Source of the DNA: Candidatus Latescibacterota bacterium
GTDB taxonomy: Bacteria; Latescibacterota; UBA2968; GCA-2709665
Direction of reading: 5' to 3'
DNA length: 64,000 bases
Assembly (NCBI GenBank): GCA_965219455.1
Contig: OZ244744.1
Span: 3,296,001-3,360,000 of the forward strand
Shown here piece after piece: positions 1 through 8,949 of this stretch. Every line of letters begins with the position of its first letter. Position 1 is the stretch's first letter. The notes beneath the pieces are model-generated. The model did no database searches. It was not told where the DNA came from and saw only the letters and a list, made by a program, of their open reading frames with translations. The translations under genes were made by a program, and so were the position numbers.

Positions 1-77
1 TTGACGCCATCCATATTCTCAATCTCCCGTATTCAGTTGTCTCAAGCGCGGATTTCGCGTGGAATTATTGCCAGGAT

Positions 78-163
78 CCCGAGCCGCTTCCCAAGCCGCT
101 CCCTGAGCTTGTCGAAGGGTCGGCGAAGGGTAGCGAAACGCGGGCATTTCGACAAGCTCAATG
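78..163. repeat. Nested REP-like hairpin cluster (core CCCTGAGCYTGTCGAAGGG) with inverted partner at 145-163
   Basis: ccctgagcttgtcgaaggg at 101-119 is flanked by degenerate half-copies. catttcgacaagctcaatg at 145-163 is an inverted variant. The same core occurs at 8871-8889 and 26296-26314. Confidence 0.75.
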
Positions 164-275
164 ACCACGTTTCGGCAAGAACGGGACTACAGAGGATAAT
201 GATGTAAACTTTAAAGTGCTCCCCGCGACATACAAGCCATGGGGGAAGTGTGCCAAATACGTGATATGTCTGTCT

Positions 276-1379
276 CTAGTTCACCCGGAGCCGTGCCCAG
301 CGCGTGTGCGTGACGCCTCCGACCGTACACCAGAAATACGTCATCAGATCCCCGTCGGCGAGGCGGATTCCGCCGGGTTTGCCGAAAGCGATCTGCATAT
401 GTTCGGCCAGGAAATTATCCGTCTCCGGCTCTCCGAGGGTTGCCTCGGCCCCCGCGTCGAAAACCACGACCTGATCCTCCACGTCAAATGTTTCCAGGTC
501 GTCGCTCAGGGCCACGCGGATACCCTGCGGATCGCGGCGGAAATTATAGATGGCCGCCACCCGTCCGTCAGCCAGCGCGATGGGCGCGCAGACCTGCCCG
601 TGCAGATTCGTGGGCCGGGGGTTCGACCACGTGCGCCCGCCGTCATCGGAGACGGTCCAGTGGTTGGGAAGGTCCTCCGACGTCCCGTAACGGTGCGTCC
701 AGAGCATCGCATAGATTCGACCGTCCGGCAGCAACGTACACATCTGGTCCCACCAGAGCAACGCCCCCGAAGGGTCGTCGGCAACCACGGTAAACGCCCC
801 CCACGTTCGTCCCTGGTCCGACGAAAATACCGCCGCCGCCTTCTGATCGGGCGGACCCGCATACCCCTCCGGCTTCCAGGTCTCCAGGGGATACATCCAC
901 CGGTCGGGAGCGAGCTGAAGAAGCACGCCGGCGCCGTTACACGTGTATTTCTCGGGAGGCAGGTCCACGTGGACGGCCTGGGGCGCCGACCAGGTGCGCC
1001 CCGCGTCATCCGACCGGAACAGCAGCATCTCCGGTCGCTGCAGCACCTCCGAGTTCGGATCGAACAGCTTGCCGGACCGCATTTCGAAACGCGTCGCGGT
1101 CATCACCAGCCGGTTGCCGGGCGCCTCGCTGACGTGGGGACTCCTGTAGGTCCATCCATCTTCCGGGGGTCCGCCGCCGTGGATGCTGCCCTCGTTCACC
1201 CATGTCGCGGCCCCATCGGTGGAGCGAAGGACTTCGATATGGTTGTCAGGGGAACCCAGACTCTCGCCCACGTGCTGGCAGGCGATCATGCTCCCGTCAG
1301 ACAACGGGGTGATGGCCGGCATGTACGCCCCCATCCCGCGCCGCCATGAAAGGATGCCGCTGTCAACGACCTCGATCAT
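276..1379 (-). CDS. BNR/Asp-box repeat sialidase-like beta-propeller protein
   Basis: 367 aa with Asp boxes RSTDGAATW, RSDDAGRTW, FSSDQGRTW and VSDDGGRTW. YMP stands where sialidases have RIP. No signal peptide. Confidence 0.8.
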   Translation of the reverse strand: MIEVVDSGILSWRRGMGAYMPAITPLSDGSMIACQHVGESLGSPDNHIEVLRSTDGAATWVNEGSIHGGGPPEDGWTYRSPHVSEAPGNRLVMTATRFEMRSGKLFDPNSEVLQRPEMLLFRSDDAGRTWSAPQAVHVDLPPEKYTCNGAGVLLQLAPDRWMYPLETWKPEGYAGPPDQKAAAVFSSDQGRTWGAFTVVADDPSGALLWWDQMCTLLPDGRIYAMLWTHRYGTSEDLPNHWTVSDDGGRTWSNPRPTNLHGQVCAPIALADGRVAAIYNFRRDPQGIRVALSDDLETFDVEDQVVVFDAGAEATLGEPETDNFLAEHMQIAFGKPGGIRLADGDLMTYFWCTVGGVTHTRWARLRVN

Positions 1380-1465
1380 TAAACCGCGACTCCGTTAAAA
1401 AATACGCTGCAAATTACCTCGTGGCGCCGCGGGCAATCCTCGCTGCGCTTCGCGGACCAGGGAGG

Positions 1466-3481
1466 CTATCGCCACGTCATCTCTACCGCCAGGAACTCCG
1501 TTTCATTCGACATTCTGATTGGCAGCGTGACCTCCCGGCCGCGGACCAGAGAAGAGGGTAGCTCGTCGGTACCCGCGTAAACATCGACCAGGGACGCGAC
1601 CTCCGCCCCCTCCGGCGCATGCATCACCAGATTCGTCCGGTACTCCAGGCCCACGTAGTTGAAGATCAGACAGACCAGGCAGCCGTCGCCGATCATCGGA
1701 AACAACTCCATGGTCGGCACGTCGCGGCGGTCCCACGGCCGCAGGTCCCGGTACGCGTTCTCCGGCGGATAGGGCCAGAGGCGGGCAACCGGCTCATCTT
1801 GCGCCAGCCATTTCAGGATATTCCGCAGCAGCGGTATACCGTCCGTAGGCGTCCGGACGCCGCCGTGGTCTCCGGGTGTCACGTAGCTGAACTCCGGGAC
1901 CCCCGCCAGCCAGACCTGTCTGCCGCCGTTTTCCTCGTTCACGACCAGCGCCGGCTTCCCGTCGATTTCGCCGACCGTCTCCCCGTCGATGCCCGGCTCG
2001 GAAAACACCGATTGCAGCATTACAGGCAGTGAAATGTCCTCCAGAAAAGGGTGGTCCGTTCGCACGAGGCGCATCTCGGCGCTGTCGGTGGTTTCGCCTT
2101 CAGGCGGCAGACACGACCCCTCTCCCGGCCAATCCCGGCTCGGGGTCCGCCCCACCCAGAGCAGACCCTTGCCCGAATCGGCATGCGCCTGCAGTACGGC
2201 CCTCTGTTCGCCGGTCAGGCAGTGGGTATCCGGCAGGATCGCCGGCCCTTCCAGCGCCGCCCCGGCGTCAGCGAGTCGCCCGTCGAAGTGCCAGCGCCAC
2301 GGCAGTCCGACGTGGTTCATGACGTCGGGCCAGATCGCCAGCGCTTTCCGGCCCCATCCGGTTTCCGGATTCCCGTATATTTCCGTCTGAGTGGGGTTGA
2401 TTACGGTGGCGTACGCATAGGGTTTTGTCTTCTCGAGATAGGGAATGAGTTTCCCCGCCTCGTGGAATCCGTCCAGAAAACCGGGTATGATACGGGCCAG
2501 ATCATTGGAATACGGCGTGATATTGTCCGCGCCGAGCGCGTAGGGAACGGCGCCGGCCATGAATCCGTCGCGGCGGGTCAGTTCCGGACCGCCCAGGGGC
2601 GGTCTGAATGCCTGCGGATAGATGTTCATCGAACGCCCGACCGTGGCGCCGGCGAGTGTCCGGGTCGCCTCGGTCAGGATCCGGCGCGCGGGCCGGTAGG
2701 TGAAATGCGAAGTATGGTTATGGTGATAGGGATCCGTACACAGCACGTCCTGAGCCAGGGCGTCCTGCGAGAGATCGATCCCCGCCCGCCAGATATTATC
2801 GTTAAAGGACACGACCACCGGCGAATATTGAATGCCGACCATGACGTCGGGGCGCTCGTTCTTGATTTGCGCGCGGAACCAGGCATGGACCTCGGTCCAC
2901 CGCGCCATTCTGCGCTGTATCCAGGCCCACCACGCCTTCGATTCCCAGTCGAAGTCAGCAGGGGGCGGTGTCCCGTATTCCCGTACGTATTCGGAAACGC
3001 AATAGTCGCAGTAGCAACCGATGTCGCCGTTAGCGAATCCGATGGCGGCCTCGTCGTTCAGATGGATCTCCCGCAGTGCCGGCAGCCCGATTACTTTCCT
3101 CAAGAGATCGAGGTATTCCGCCTTGTTCTCCGGCTGAAACGGGCACAGCCACTTCGTTCGCACGAGGTTGTCGCTGTCCAGGGAGGTCCCCGAGCCGCCG
3201 ACGCACACCATAGCCCGTTCCGGATGGTCCCGAAGAAAAGTCTCCCGGTACTTCATATATCCGGTGAATACGGTCATCCCCAGCCCGAATTCCTCGGCCC
3301 ACGCGCCAAATTGACACACCTGTTCCGAGTCGAATCCCTGGCCGGTGAATTTCCTTTTCCCCGTTTTCAGGGAGACGCCGATATCCGTAAACCCCTCTCG
3401 GCTGACCCGCGCCACGTGATCGCGCGAATAACTCACTTTCTGAATGTTCAGAAGGGCCGTGCGGCGTATTTTCCGTTTCAT
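1466..3481 (-). CDS. Putative glycoside hydrolase (GH42/clan-A-like TIM barrel plus trimerisation-like domain), copy 1
   Basis: ATG at 3481 with GAGG RBS; 671 aa. WLCP, LNDE and CYCDYC motifs resemble the GH42 acid/base and Zn cluster. Full-length paralog at 30565-32580. Confidence 0.65.
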   Translation of the reverse strand: MKRKIRRTALLNIQKVSYSRDHVARVSREGFTDIGVSLKTGKRKFTGQGFDSEQVCQFGAWAEEFGLGMTVFTGYMKYRETFLRDHPERAMVCVGGSGTSLDSDNLVRTKWLCPFQPENKAEYLDLLRKVIGLPALREIHLNDEAAIGFANGDIGCYCDYCVSEYVREYGTPPPADFDWESKAWWAWIQRRMARWTEVHAWFRAQIKNERPDVMVGIQYSPVVVSFNDNIWRAGIDLSQDALAQDVLCTDPYHHNHTSHFTYRPARRILTEATRTLAGATVGRSMNIYPQAFRPPLGGPELTRRDGFMAGAVPYALGADNITPYSNDLARIIPGFLDGFHEAGKLIPYLEKTKPYAYATVINPTQTEIYGNPETGWGRKALAIWPDVMNHVGLPWRWHFDGRLADAGAALEGPAILPDTHCLTGEQRAVLQAHADSGKGLLWVGRTPSRDWPGEGSCLPPEGETTDSAEMRLVRTDHPFLEDISLPVMLQSVFSEPGIDGETVGEIDGKPALVVNEENGGRQVWLAGVPEFSYVTPGDHGGVRTPTDGIPLLRNILKWLAQDEPVARLWPYPPENAYRDLRPWDRRDVPTMELFPMIGDGCLVCLIFNYVGLEYRTNLVMHAPEGAEVASLVDVYAGTDELPSSLVRGREVTLPIRMSNETEFLAVEMTWR

Positions 3482-3521
3482 TCGATTTCCTCGAAACCCC
3501 GGTCGATTACGATCATTTGGC

Positions 3522-3549
3522 ACACCTCCGGCGACCGCGCCTGATCACG
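3522..3549 (+). repeat. Left copy of imperfect 28-bp direct repeat bounding the AbiE cassette
   Basis: acacctccggcgaccgcgcctgatcacg matches 5593-5620 at 21/28 positions; the last 10 bp (cctgatcacg) are identical. Confidence 0.5.
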
Positions 3550-3611
3550 TTAATCTCGAGACGAATCCTACGACTCCGGATTCGGTCGCATCCGAAAATT
3601 TACAACGCCAA

Positions 3612-4583
3612 TTAGGATAATCCCTTGTGGCGCCGCACGTTAAGAGCCTTCCATTCAAGAAGCGGCTGGGATTGGATGCGTTTCTGCAGGGATGTATCGT
3701 TGGTTAATATCGACGCATCGATCTCGCCATTTTCCAGCAGAAGGTCGAGGAATGCGCGTTCGGCGCAAGTAAAGGGCAGCACCGCTGAAATCCCTTGCCG
3801 GCATTCTTTGACCAGCATCTCTCCATAGGTTGTCGCCTCCCGGGCCCCTTGTATCGCACCTACGTGGAGCGACGGCACAAGCTGGCTGGCCAACTCTGCA
3901 ACGTCCAGATCCACGTCCGTGACCGAAATTCTGCGCCAGTCTCTGCGATCCATGGCGCCATAGACGACGAAAGCGATTCTGAGTCTATCGCGGTCGAGAT
4001 CCTCCATGGAGAAGATCAGACGGCTGTCGAAAAGATCCCTCGCCCTGCGGCGCGCCACCAGCGCAGAGAGCTTCCCTGCCGCAAGTTCATGAATGTCCAT
4101 CACGGGGATATCCGTGGCCTGCCAGCTGCCAAGCAAGCCGGAGTCCAGGCTGGTGACTGGCCACAAGGGAACGCGGTACATGAAATTGATATCCACGTCG
4201 AGATTGCCGCTCGGCCCGGATGCGCTCTGATAGCGGAGCAACCATTTCCCGCCAGCGTGTTCTTCAGGCATCCGCCTGACTGCGAAATCCTCTCGACGGA
4301 ATACGTCCTGTACCGCTTTTTCGATCCTGGGACGCTCTTCCAGCATGGCGTCCCGTTGCTGAGTCCCCATATAGTTCAAATCTATGTCGATTGATAGTCT
4401 GGGGACGTCGAAGACGAAGAGGTTCAAAGCCGTCCCGCCCTTAAGGACCAGCTTACCCTTGAGGAAGGGGTGACTGTGTAAGACCTCAAGCAGTTCGAGC
4501 AGTCGGACCGCCTTTTCCAGCATGTCGGCTCTGAATCCCGTCGCTTCGGCTTCGGCGGCCAGCTTCTCGGGGGAGATTCTCAA
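3612..4583 (-). CDS. abiEii: Type IV TA toxin, AbiEii/AbiGii nucleotidyltransferase
   Basis: LKGGTALNL...RLSIDIDL, KL.AL..R..ARDLFD motifs. TTG start overlaps the antitoxin stop (alternative start 4598). Confidence 0.9.
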   Translation of the reverse strand: MRISPEKLAAEAEATGFRADMLEKAVRLLELLEVLHSHPFLKGKLVLKGGTALNLFVFDVPRLSIDIDLNYMGTQQRDAMLEERPRIEKAVQDVFRREDFAVRRMPEEHAGGKWLLRYQSASGPSGNLDVDINFMYRVPLWPVTSLDSGLLGSWQATDIPVMDIHELAAGKLSALVARRRARDLFDSRLIFSMEDLDRDRLRIAFVVYGAMDRRDWRRISVTDVDLDVAELASQLVPSLHVGAIQGAREATTYGEMLVKECRQGISAVLPFTCAERAFLDLLLENGEIDASILTNDTSLQKRIQSQPLLEWKALNVRRHKGLS

Positions 4584-5395
4584 AGGACCTCCGTCCACGA
4601 CCGTTCCAATACGTCATCCGGTACCACCAGGTTCCAGTTCGCCACGAGGCATCCGGGTTTACGTCTGGCGCGGTCCAGGTAATGGGGCTGAAGGGGGCGC
4701 CGGTCACGAAGTGGCCTTAGATGACGATCGTCGATCATTAAGGCGTCACGATGCTGTTCCAGGAAGAAGCCCACCTTCGCGATTGTCGTCGCATTCCCAA
4801 TCAGGAGCGCATACTCCACGACCTGGTCGACGTCGAAGAATTCCACCGATTCCAACGACCGCCAGATTTCCTCCCAGCCCCCCGACAGGTCCGGACGATG
4901 CAGCACGTCCACGAGTGTCCGCTCCAGGCTCGTGGCACGCATCGGAACACCCGAACGTTCCGGGTTCAGCACGCCAAAGTGCTCCGCGCCAAGGCGGAGA
5001 AGCGCCCCTGGAAACTTGACGCCCCGGTAGACTTGAGACCGAAACACAAGCGTTTCCACCGGACGGGACGCGGAATAAATCATGTGGCGCCAAACCGAAT
5101 ACGCCCGCCCGTGAAACTCAAGCGCAGTGTGATGTGACAGGACCGCATCCCGCGTCAGTTTACCGGCAATCAGGTACGGATCGACCGGGTAGGAATCGGG
5201 GTTAGCGCCCGGCGGTATAACCGCATACAGACCGCGCCGCACTCGAACGACTCGACCGGTCTTCCGGTAATAGGCCAGAAACGCTTCCTTTCCTCTTGCC
5301 CCGCCCCCCCCTCGGCATGTGAGATGCCTGGCCAGCGTCTCTCCGGTGAAGACCGGATGCAGGCGAAGAAACACTTCGTGTTTTACGACGGCCAT
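4580..5395 (-). CDS. abiEi: Type IV TA antitoxin, AbiEi family transcriptional regulator
   Basis: N-terminal wHTH-like RVRRGLY, SHHTALEFHG and TSLERTLVDVL.RP motifs; directly upstream of abiEii. Confidence 0.88.
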   Translation of the reverse strand: MAVVKHEVFLRLHPVFTGETLARHLTCRGGGGARGKEAFLAYYRKTGRVVRVRRGLYAVIPPGANPDSYPVDPYLIAGKLTRDAVLSHHTALEFHGRAYSVWRHMIYSASRPVETLVFRSQVYRGVKFPGALLRLGAEHFGVLNPERSGVPMRATSLERTLVDVLHRPDLSGGWEEIWRSLESVEFFDVDQVVEYALLIGNATTIAKVGFFLEQHRDALMIDDRHLRPLRDRRPLQPHYLDRARRKPGCLVANWNLVVPDDVLERSWTEVL

Positions 5396-5471
5396 ACTTG
5401 ACTTTCTATCGAATTTCCCGGGGTTTTTTTGGACTTATCGATTGATCTCCCGAATCGCCTATCCGGACAAG

Positions 5472-5528
5472 TTGATAATATATTATAAATCCCATAAATA
5501 TATTATGGTTTTTATGTATAAATGTCAA
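5472..5528 (-). promoter_or_regulatory. Sigma70-type promoter with palindromes (probable AbiEi operator)
   Basis: Minus strand TTGACA (5528-5523)-N17-TAATAT (5505-5500). Palindrome ataatatattat at 5475-5486 and imperfect ccataa...ttatgg at 5492-5508, in an AT-rich patch. Confidence 0.65.
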
Positions 5529-5592
5529 CTTCAATTCCCAAGTCAGCTCGGATATCGTGATGCAGGTCTCTGCAGCAGGGACTATTTTTCTG

Positions 5593-5620
5593 ACTCCTCC
5601 GGGAATCTGACCTGATCACG
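5593..5620 (+). repeat. Right copy of imperfect 28-bp direct repeat bounding the AbiE cassette
   Basis: actcctccgggaatctgacctgatcacg; see 3522-3549. Confidence 0.5.
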
Positions 5621-5637
5621 CCGTTTCGCCTCTCTCC

Positions 5638-6255
5638 CTATCGCCCGGCGGGTCTATACCTCGGCATGAAGGCGCGTCCGTAGAACATCGAGATGAGTTC
5701 CGGCGGCACGTGCTCAACGCCGCCGTGCCAGCCGAGATCGGGGTGGTCTGAACGCCTGTTGAAGCGCACCGAGAGCGAGTGGGCGCGGAACGTCCCTCCG
5801 AGCAACTCCGTAGCTATTCCAAGTAAGCGGGGCTTCGACAGGACGGTCAGAAAAACCGGGTCCAGTCCAAGCACGTTCTCGATGAGCAGGCGATGGAGAT
5901 AAAGTTCGCCCGACTCCGATACCGTCCGATGCCCCCACCAGATTGCACCCTCTTTGAAGTCGTTGTATTTCTTCGGGGGAGGCGGGCGCTGGAAAGGGCG
6001 GTCGCCAAGGGACGCGAGGATTTCTTCTCTGGCTGTTTTCGCCACGGCCTCGATCGATCCAAGCTCACCTTCTGTAAACAGATCGTCCACGATCATATAG
6101 CCGAATAACTCGAACCGGAGTCTTTCCTCCAGCGTCAGGGCTGGAAATGGAAAGTCCTGGTCTCCTTTTTGGTATGGATGATCCGAGAAGACGATGGCGC
6201 CGAGCTTTCTACGGGCCTCTTCATGCGCGGGGTCCGACATTTGTAATTTCACCAT
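5638..6255 (-). pseudogene. PhyH-family Fe/2OG enzyme paralog with in-frame internal deletion (~118 aa)
   Basis: Aligns with 12113-13066 through ...LGWHGGV, then jumps directly to EHVPPEL...FYGRAF.PRYRP. Most of the jelly-roll, the distal His and the 2OG Arg are missing. Confidence 0.75.
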
Positions 6256-6285
6256 TTCGCCATCTCCCGGTTTGAGACCGTCACA

Positions 6286-8097
6286 TCAGGTCGCGGTCTC
6301 CATTCGAAGGGTACGCGGCGTTTCAGCGAACAGATCCAGGGACACGGCCCGCTGGCGCCGCCCCTCCAGTACAACCTCGCTGATGTCCATGGTCTCGCCC
6401 GTCCCGGCAACGCGGACCCCGGTAACGCGATCGGGCAGCAACAGCGTGAGTTCATGGAGGTCTCCAGGGGAGACCAACGTCAGAAAAACGGCCTGGCCAT
6501 CTTCCCACAGTTCCGTGAGCCGCACGTCCGCCCGGGCCCTGGAGAACCGCGACCACCGCTCCTGGTTCTCGAACCGGCATCCCGCCGACCGGGCGCCCTC
6601 GAGACCTATTTCCAGCGCCAAGCGGGACGCCCGTGGATGGTCCTGGGGCATGGCGACGTAGCTCGGGTGGAAATTGGCGATCTGGCAGCCGTGCCAGCGC
6701 CGCGCCGCGTCTTCGGCGAACCGGGTGAGTTCCTCGCCGTACGCCTCCGCCGAGAGGCCCACCCTGCCCGTCGATTTGGGATCCGCGGGATCCCGTTCCC
6801 CAAGCGTCTGACTCTCGTCCCACTGCGCCGGCATATGCCACAGGTCGAGAACGCCCACGCCGTGCTGGAAGTAGCGGAGGGGCAGGGCGGTGGAGATCAT
6901 ATAAGGCCCGTAGCGCTCATCGTGGCGCATGCGTGGATCGTGCGAGATGAAATGGGTGGGTGTATACCAGCCCAGGTCGACCACCATCTCCGCCATCGGA
7001 TGTCCTGACCACTGGCATCCGTGGATGCAAATCGTGTCCATATCCAGGCCGGTGTCGCGTACAAAGCTGTCACGATGCGCCTCGAGGTTGGCGCGAATAT
7101 CGGGCAGTGCGTTTTCGTTCAGGTCCTCCGCGGTGCGTGACCGCCTGAGCATCTTGCCCGAGTGCTCGACGGTGGGCCGGGTGACGTCGTCCAGGCTCGC
7201 TTCTATGGTGATGCCGTGTCCGCGTTCGTGCCAATCTCTCATGAGGCCCCCGCTGTACTGGCTCACGGGCGGCCTGTTGAAGGTCAGATAGGCGCCGTAT
7301 TCCTCCACGACTTCCACCTCAACGTCGGCACCGGACTCTCCGCATCCGTCCCCTTTCACGAACCAGAGCGCCGGGGCGCCGTCCGGAAAGTGCCACAGTC
7401 GTGGAAGAACGGTATCGGAGAGCGCGGACAGGACAAGCGTCCGGAGACTATCCTGGTGAAGGTCGCATACCGGCACGTCCCGGGGCAGCTTGTCGGAAAG
7501 GTCGAAGAAACCGTAAATATGCCGGGGCCCCGTGAGCGGGCCCATATCCTTCGCCGGCCTTTCGCGCACGTCTCCCGTGCCGTGACGCAGCGTGGCGACG
7601 GTTCGGCAGAGGTCATATCCGTAGATCCAGGCCGTACCTTCACCCAGACGGGTGGATACGATTCCCGATCCGCATCGCTCGCCGTCAACCGTCCGCAGCG
7701 CCGCCACTTCCTGTCCCCCATGAAGGGGACGCGCGGTATCGTCGGGACAAAGTAGCGGCACCTCCCCGTGCTCCCAGCCATAAAGGGATTCTACAGAAAG
7801 GTGAGCGTCGGGAACAGCGATGGAGACAGCGACGTCGAACGCGGCCGCGAGGGCCGGGTCAGGCGCCGTCGCGATCAGCGACACACCCTCGGAAACAGCC
7901 CCTGCCAGCCGCTCGGCGGTGTTTCGGCTGACGCCCGAGCCAGCCAGAATCACCACGCTCACGCCTGGCGATATACCGCTGAACGCGTTGGCCGGCCGCT
8001 CTTCAAGCCAGGGAAATCCCTCGCACCGGAGCACCTCGGCGCAGAGGCCTTCCGACGGATCGCCGCCCGTGCGCAGAATCAGTATCGGCTGTTCCAT
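6286..8097 (-). CDS. Hypothetical protein; possible GATase-like N-terminus plus polysaccharide-deacetylase-like barrel
   Basis: 603-aa ORF co-oriented with its neighbours. LPRLWHFP, HERGHGI and NFHP segments recall NodB-like folds; function uncertain. Confidence 0.5.
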   Translation of the reverse strand: MEQPILILRTGGDPSEGLCAEVLRCEGFPWLEERPANAFSGISPGVSVVILAGSGVSRNTAERLAGAVSEGVSLIATAPDPALAAAFDVAVSIAVPDAHLSVESLYGWEHGEVPLLCPDDTARPLHGGQEVAALRTVDGERCGSGIVSTRLGEGTAWIYGYDLCRTVATLRHGTGDVRERPAKDMGPLTGPRHIYGFFDLSDKLPRDVPVCDLHQDSLRTLVLSALSDTVLPRLWHFPDGAPALWFVKGDGCGESGADVEVEVVEEYGAYLTFNRPPVSQYSGGLMRDWHERGHGITIEASLDDVTRPTVEHSGKMLRRSRTAEDLNENALPDIRANLEAHRDSFVRDTGLDMDTICIHGCQWSGHPMAEMVVDLGWYTPTHFISHDPRMRHDERYGPYMISTALPLRYFQHGVGVLDLWHMPAQWDESQTLGERDPADPKSTGRVGLSAEAYGEELTRFAEDAARRWHGCQIANFHPSYVAMPQDHPRASRLALEIGLEGARSAGCRFENQERWSRFSRARADVRLTELWEDGQAVFLTLVSPGDLHELTLLLPDRVTGVRVAGTGETMDISEVVLEGRRQRAVSLDLFAETPRTLRMETAT

Positions 8098-8240
8098 GCA
8101 GGTACCTTTTTTGCAGGAGGAAATGAACGCAGGCGACCTTTGCCCACTCGCAGCCCAATCACGTGATTGCGCGTGTCACTTTGTGCAGATCGGGAGTGGG
8201 TTGCGCATCGAACGTAATTCAAAGCACGAGAAACTTCCAC

Positions 8241-8272
8241 TTGACGTATAGTATCATTATTGATATTATAAT
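8241..8272 (+). promoter_or_regulatory. hicAB promoter/operator, probably giving a leaderless transcript
   Basis: TTGACG-N17-TATTAT with an extended TG. Inverted repeat atagtatca-ttat-tgatattat overlaps the spacer. ATG is 5 nt after the -10 and has no RBS. Confidence 0.7.
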
Positions 8273-8274
8273 TC

Positions 8275-8523
8275 ATGACAAGCACAGCGGAAATTCTTAA
8301 AGCGCTCCGCAACAACCCCGCGGGAGCCCGGTTCGCCGACCTCGTGAAAATCTGCGACGCCTATTTCGGGGAACCGCGCCAGAAGGGCACCAGTCATCGG
8401 GTTTACCGAACGCCGTGGCCAGGCGATCCACGCGTGAACATACAGAATGACAAGGGCATGGCGAAGCCATATCAGGTCCGCCAGGTGATCAAGGCAATCG
8501 AAAAATTGGAGGCGACAGAATGA
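8275..8523 (+). CDS. hicA: Type II TA toxin HicA
   Basis: 82 aa with RFADL...GEPRQKGTSH...NIQ...AKPYQVRQ, a typical HicA; ATGA overlap with hicB. Confidence 0.9.
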   Translation: MTSTAEILKALRNNPAGARFADLVKICDAYFGEPRQKGTSHRVYRTPWPGDPRVNIQNDKGMAKPYQVRQVIKAIEKLEATE

Positions 8524-8876
8524 ATGACCATTACACCTACCGCATCACGTGGTCCGCCGAAGACAACGAACATGTGGGTCTTTGCGCAGAATTCCCATCG
8601 CTGAGCTGGCTGGCGCCGTCACCCGACGAGGCACTGTCCGGCATTCAGCGGCTGGTACGCGAGTGTGTATGGGACATGCGCGCCGCCGGCGAACCCGTAC
8701 CTGCGCCATTGGCTGACCGTACGTATAGCGGGAAATTCTTAGTGCGTCTACCGCCTGAATCGCATCGTGCCCTGGTTATCGAAGCGGCGGAACAGGGCGT
8801 GAGCCTGAACCGGCTCGTAAGTGCGCGGCTATCAGTGCGCCTGCGACCTGAGCCGCTCCCTGAGCGCTCGCCCTGA
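8520..8876 (+). CDS. hicB: Type II TA antitoxin HicB
   Basis: YTYRITWSAED...EFPSLSW...YSGKFLVRLPPE.HR.L..EA.EQGVSLN. The last residues and the stop come from the nested repeat. Confidence 0.9.
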   Translation: MNDHYTYRITWSAEDNEHVGLCAEFPSLSWLAPSPDEALSGIQRLVRECVWDMRAAGEPVPAPLADRTYSGKFLVRLPPESHRALVIEAAEQGVSLNRLVSARLSVRLRPEPLPERSP

Positions 8877-8910
8877 GCCTGTCGAAGGGTGTCGAAGGGT
8901 CGGCGAAAGG
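8847..8910. repeat. Triply nested REP-like hairpin repeat
   Basis: cctgagc[cgctccctgagc[gctcgccctgagcctgtcgaaggg]tgtcgaaggg]tcggcgaaagg. Confidence 0.75.
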
Positions 8911-8949
8911 CGTTTAAGCGCGCTAAACAGGACAATCCAGTCCCGTGCC

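Noticed and set aside
1-14. Start of a minus-strand gene (ATG at 14 with GGGAG upstream) running off the window
   Set aside because: Only four codons visible; cannot be supported or assigned.
216-3544. Long plus-strand ORFs (216-1349, 2051-3544) and similar ones at 8821-10053, 22933-24351, 28200-29573, 31321-33024, 36238-37461 and 39694-40980
   Set aside because: Antisense shadows of well-supported minus-strand genes in GC-rich DNA; no motifs or RBS.
8847-8910. CRISPR-like repeats
   Set aside because: No regular repeat-spacer periodicity and no cas genes; the units are nested rather than spaced.
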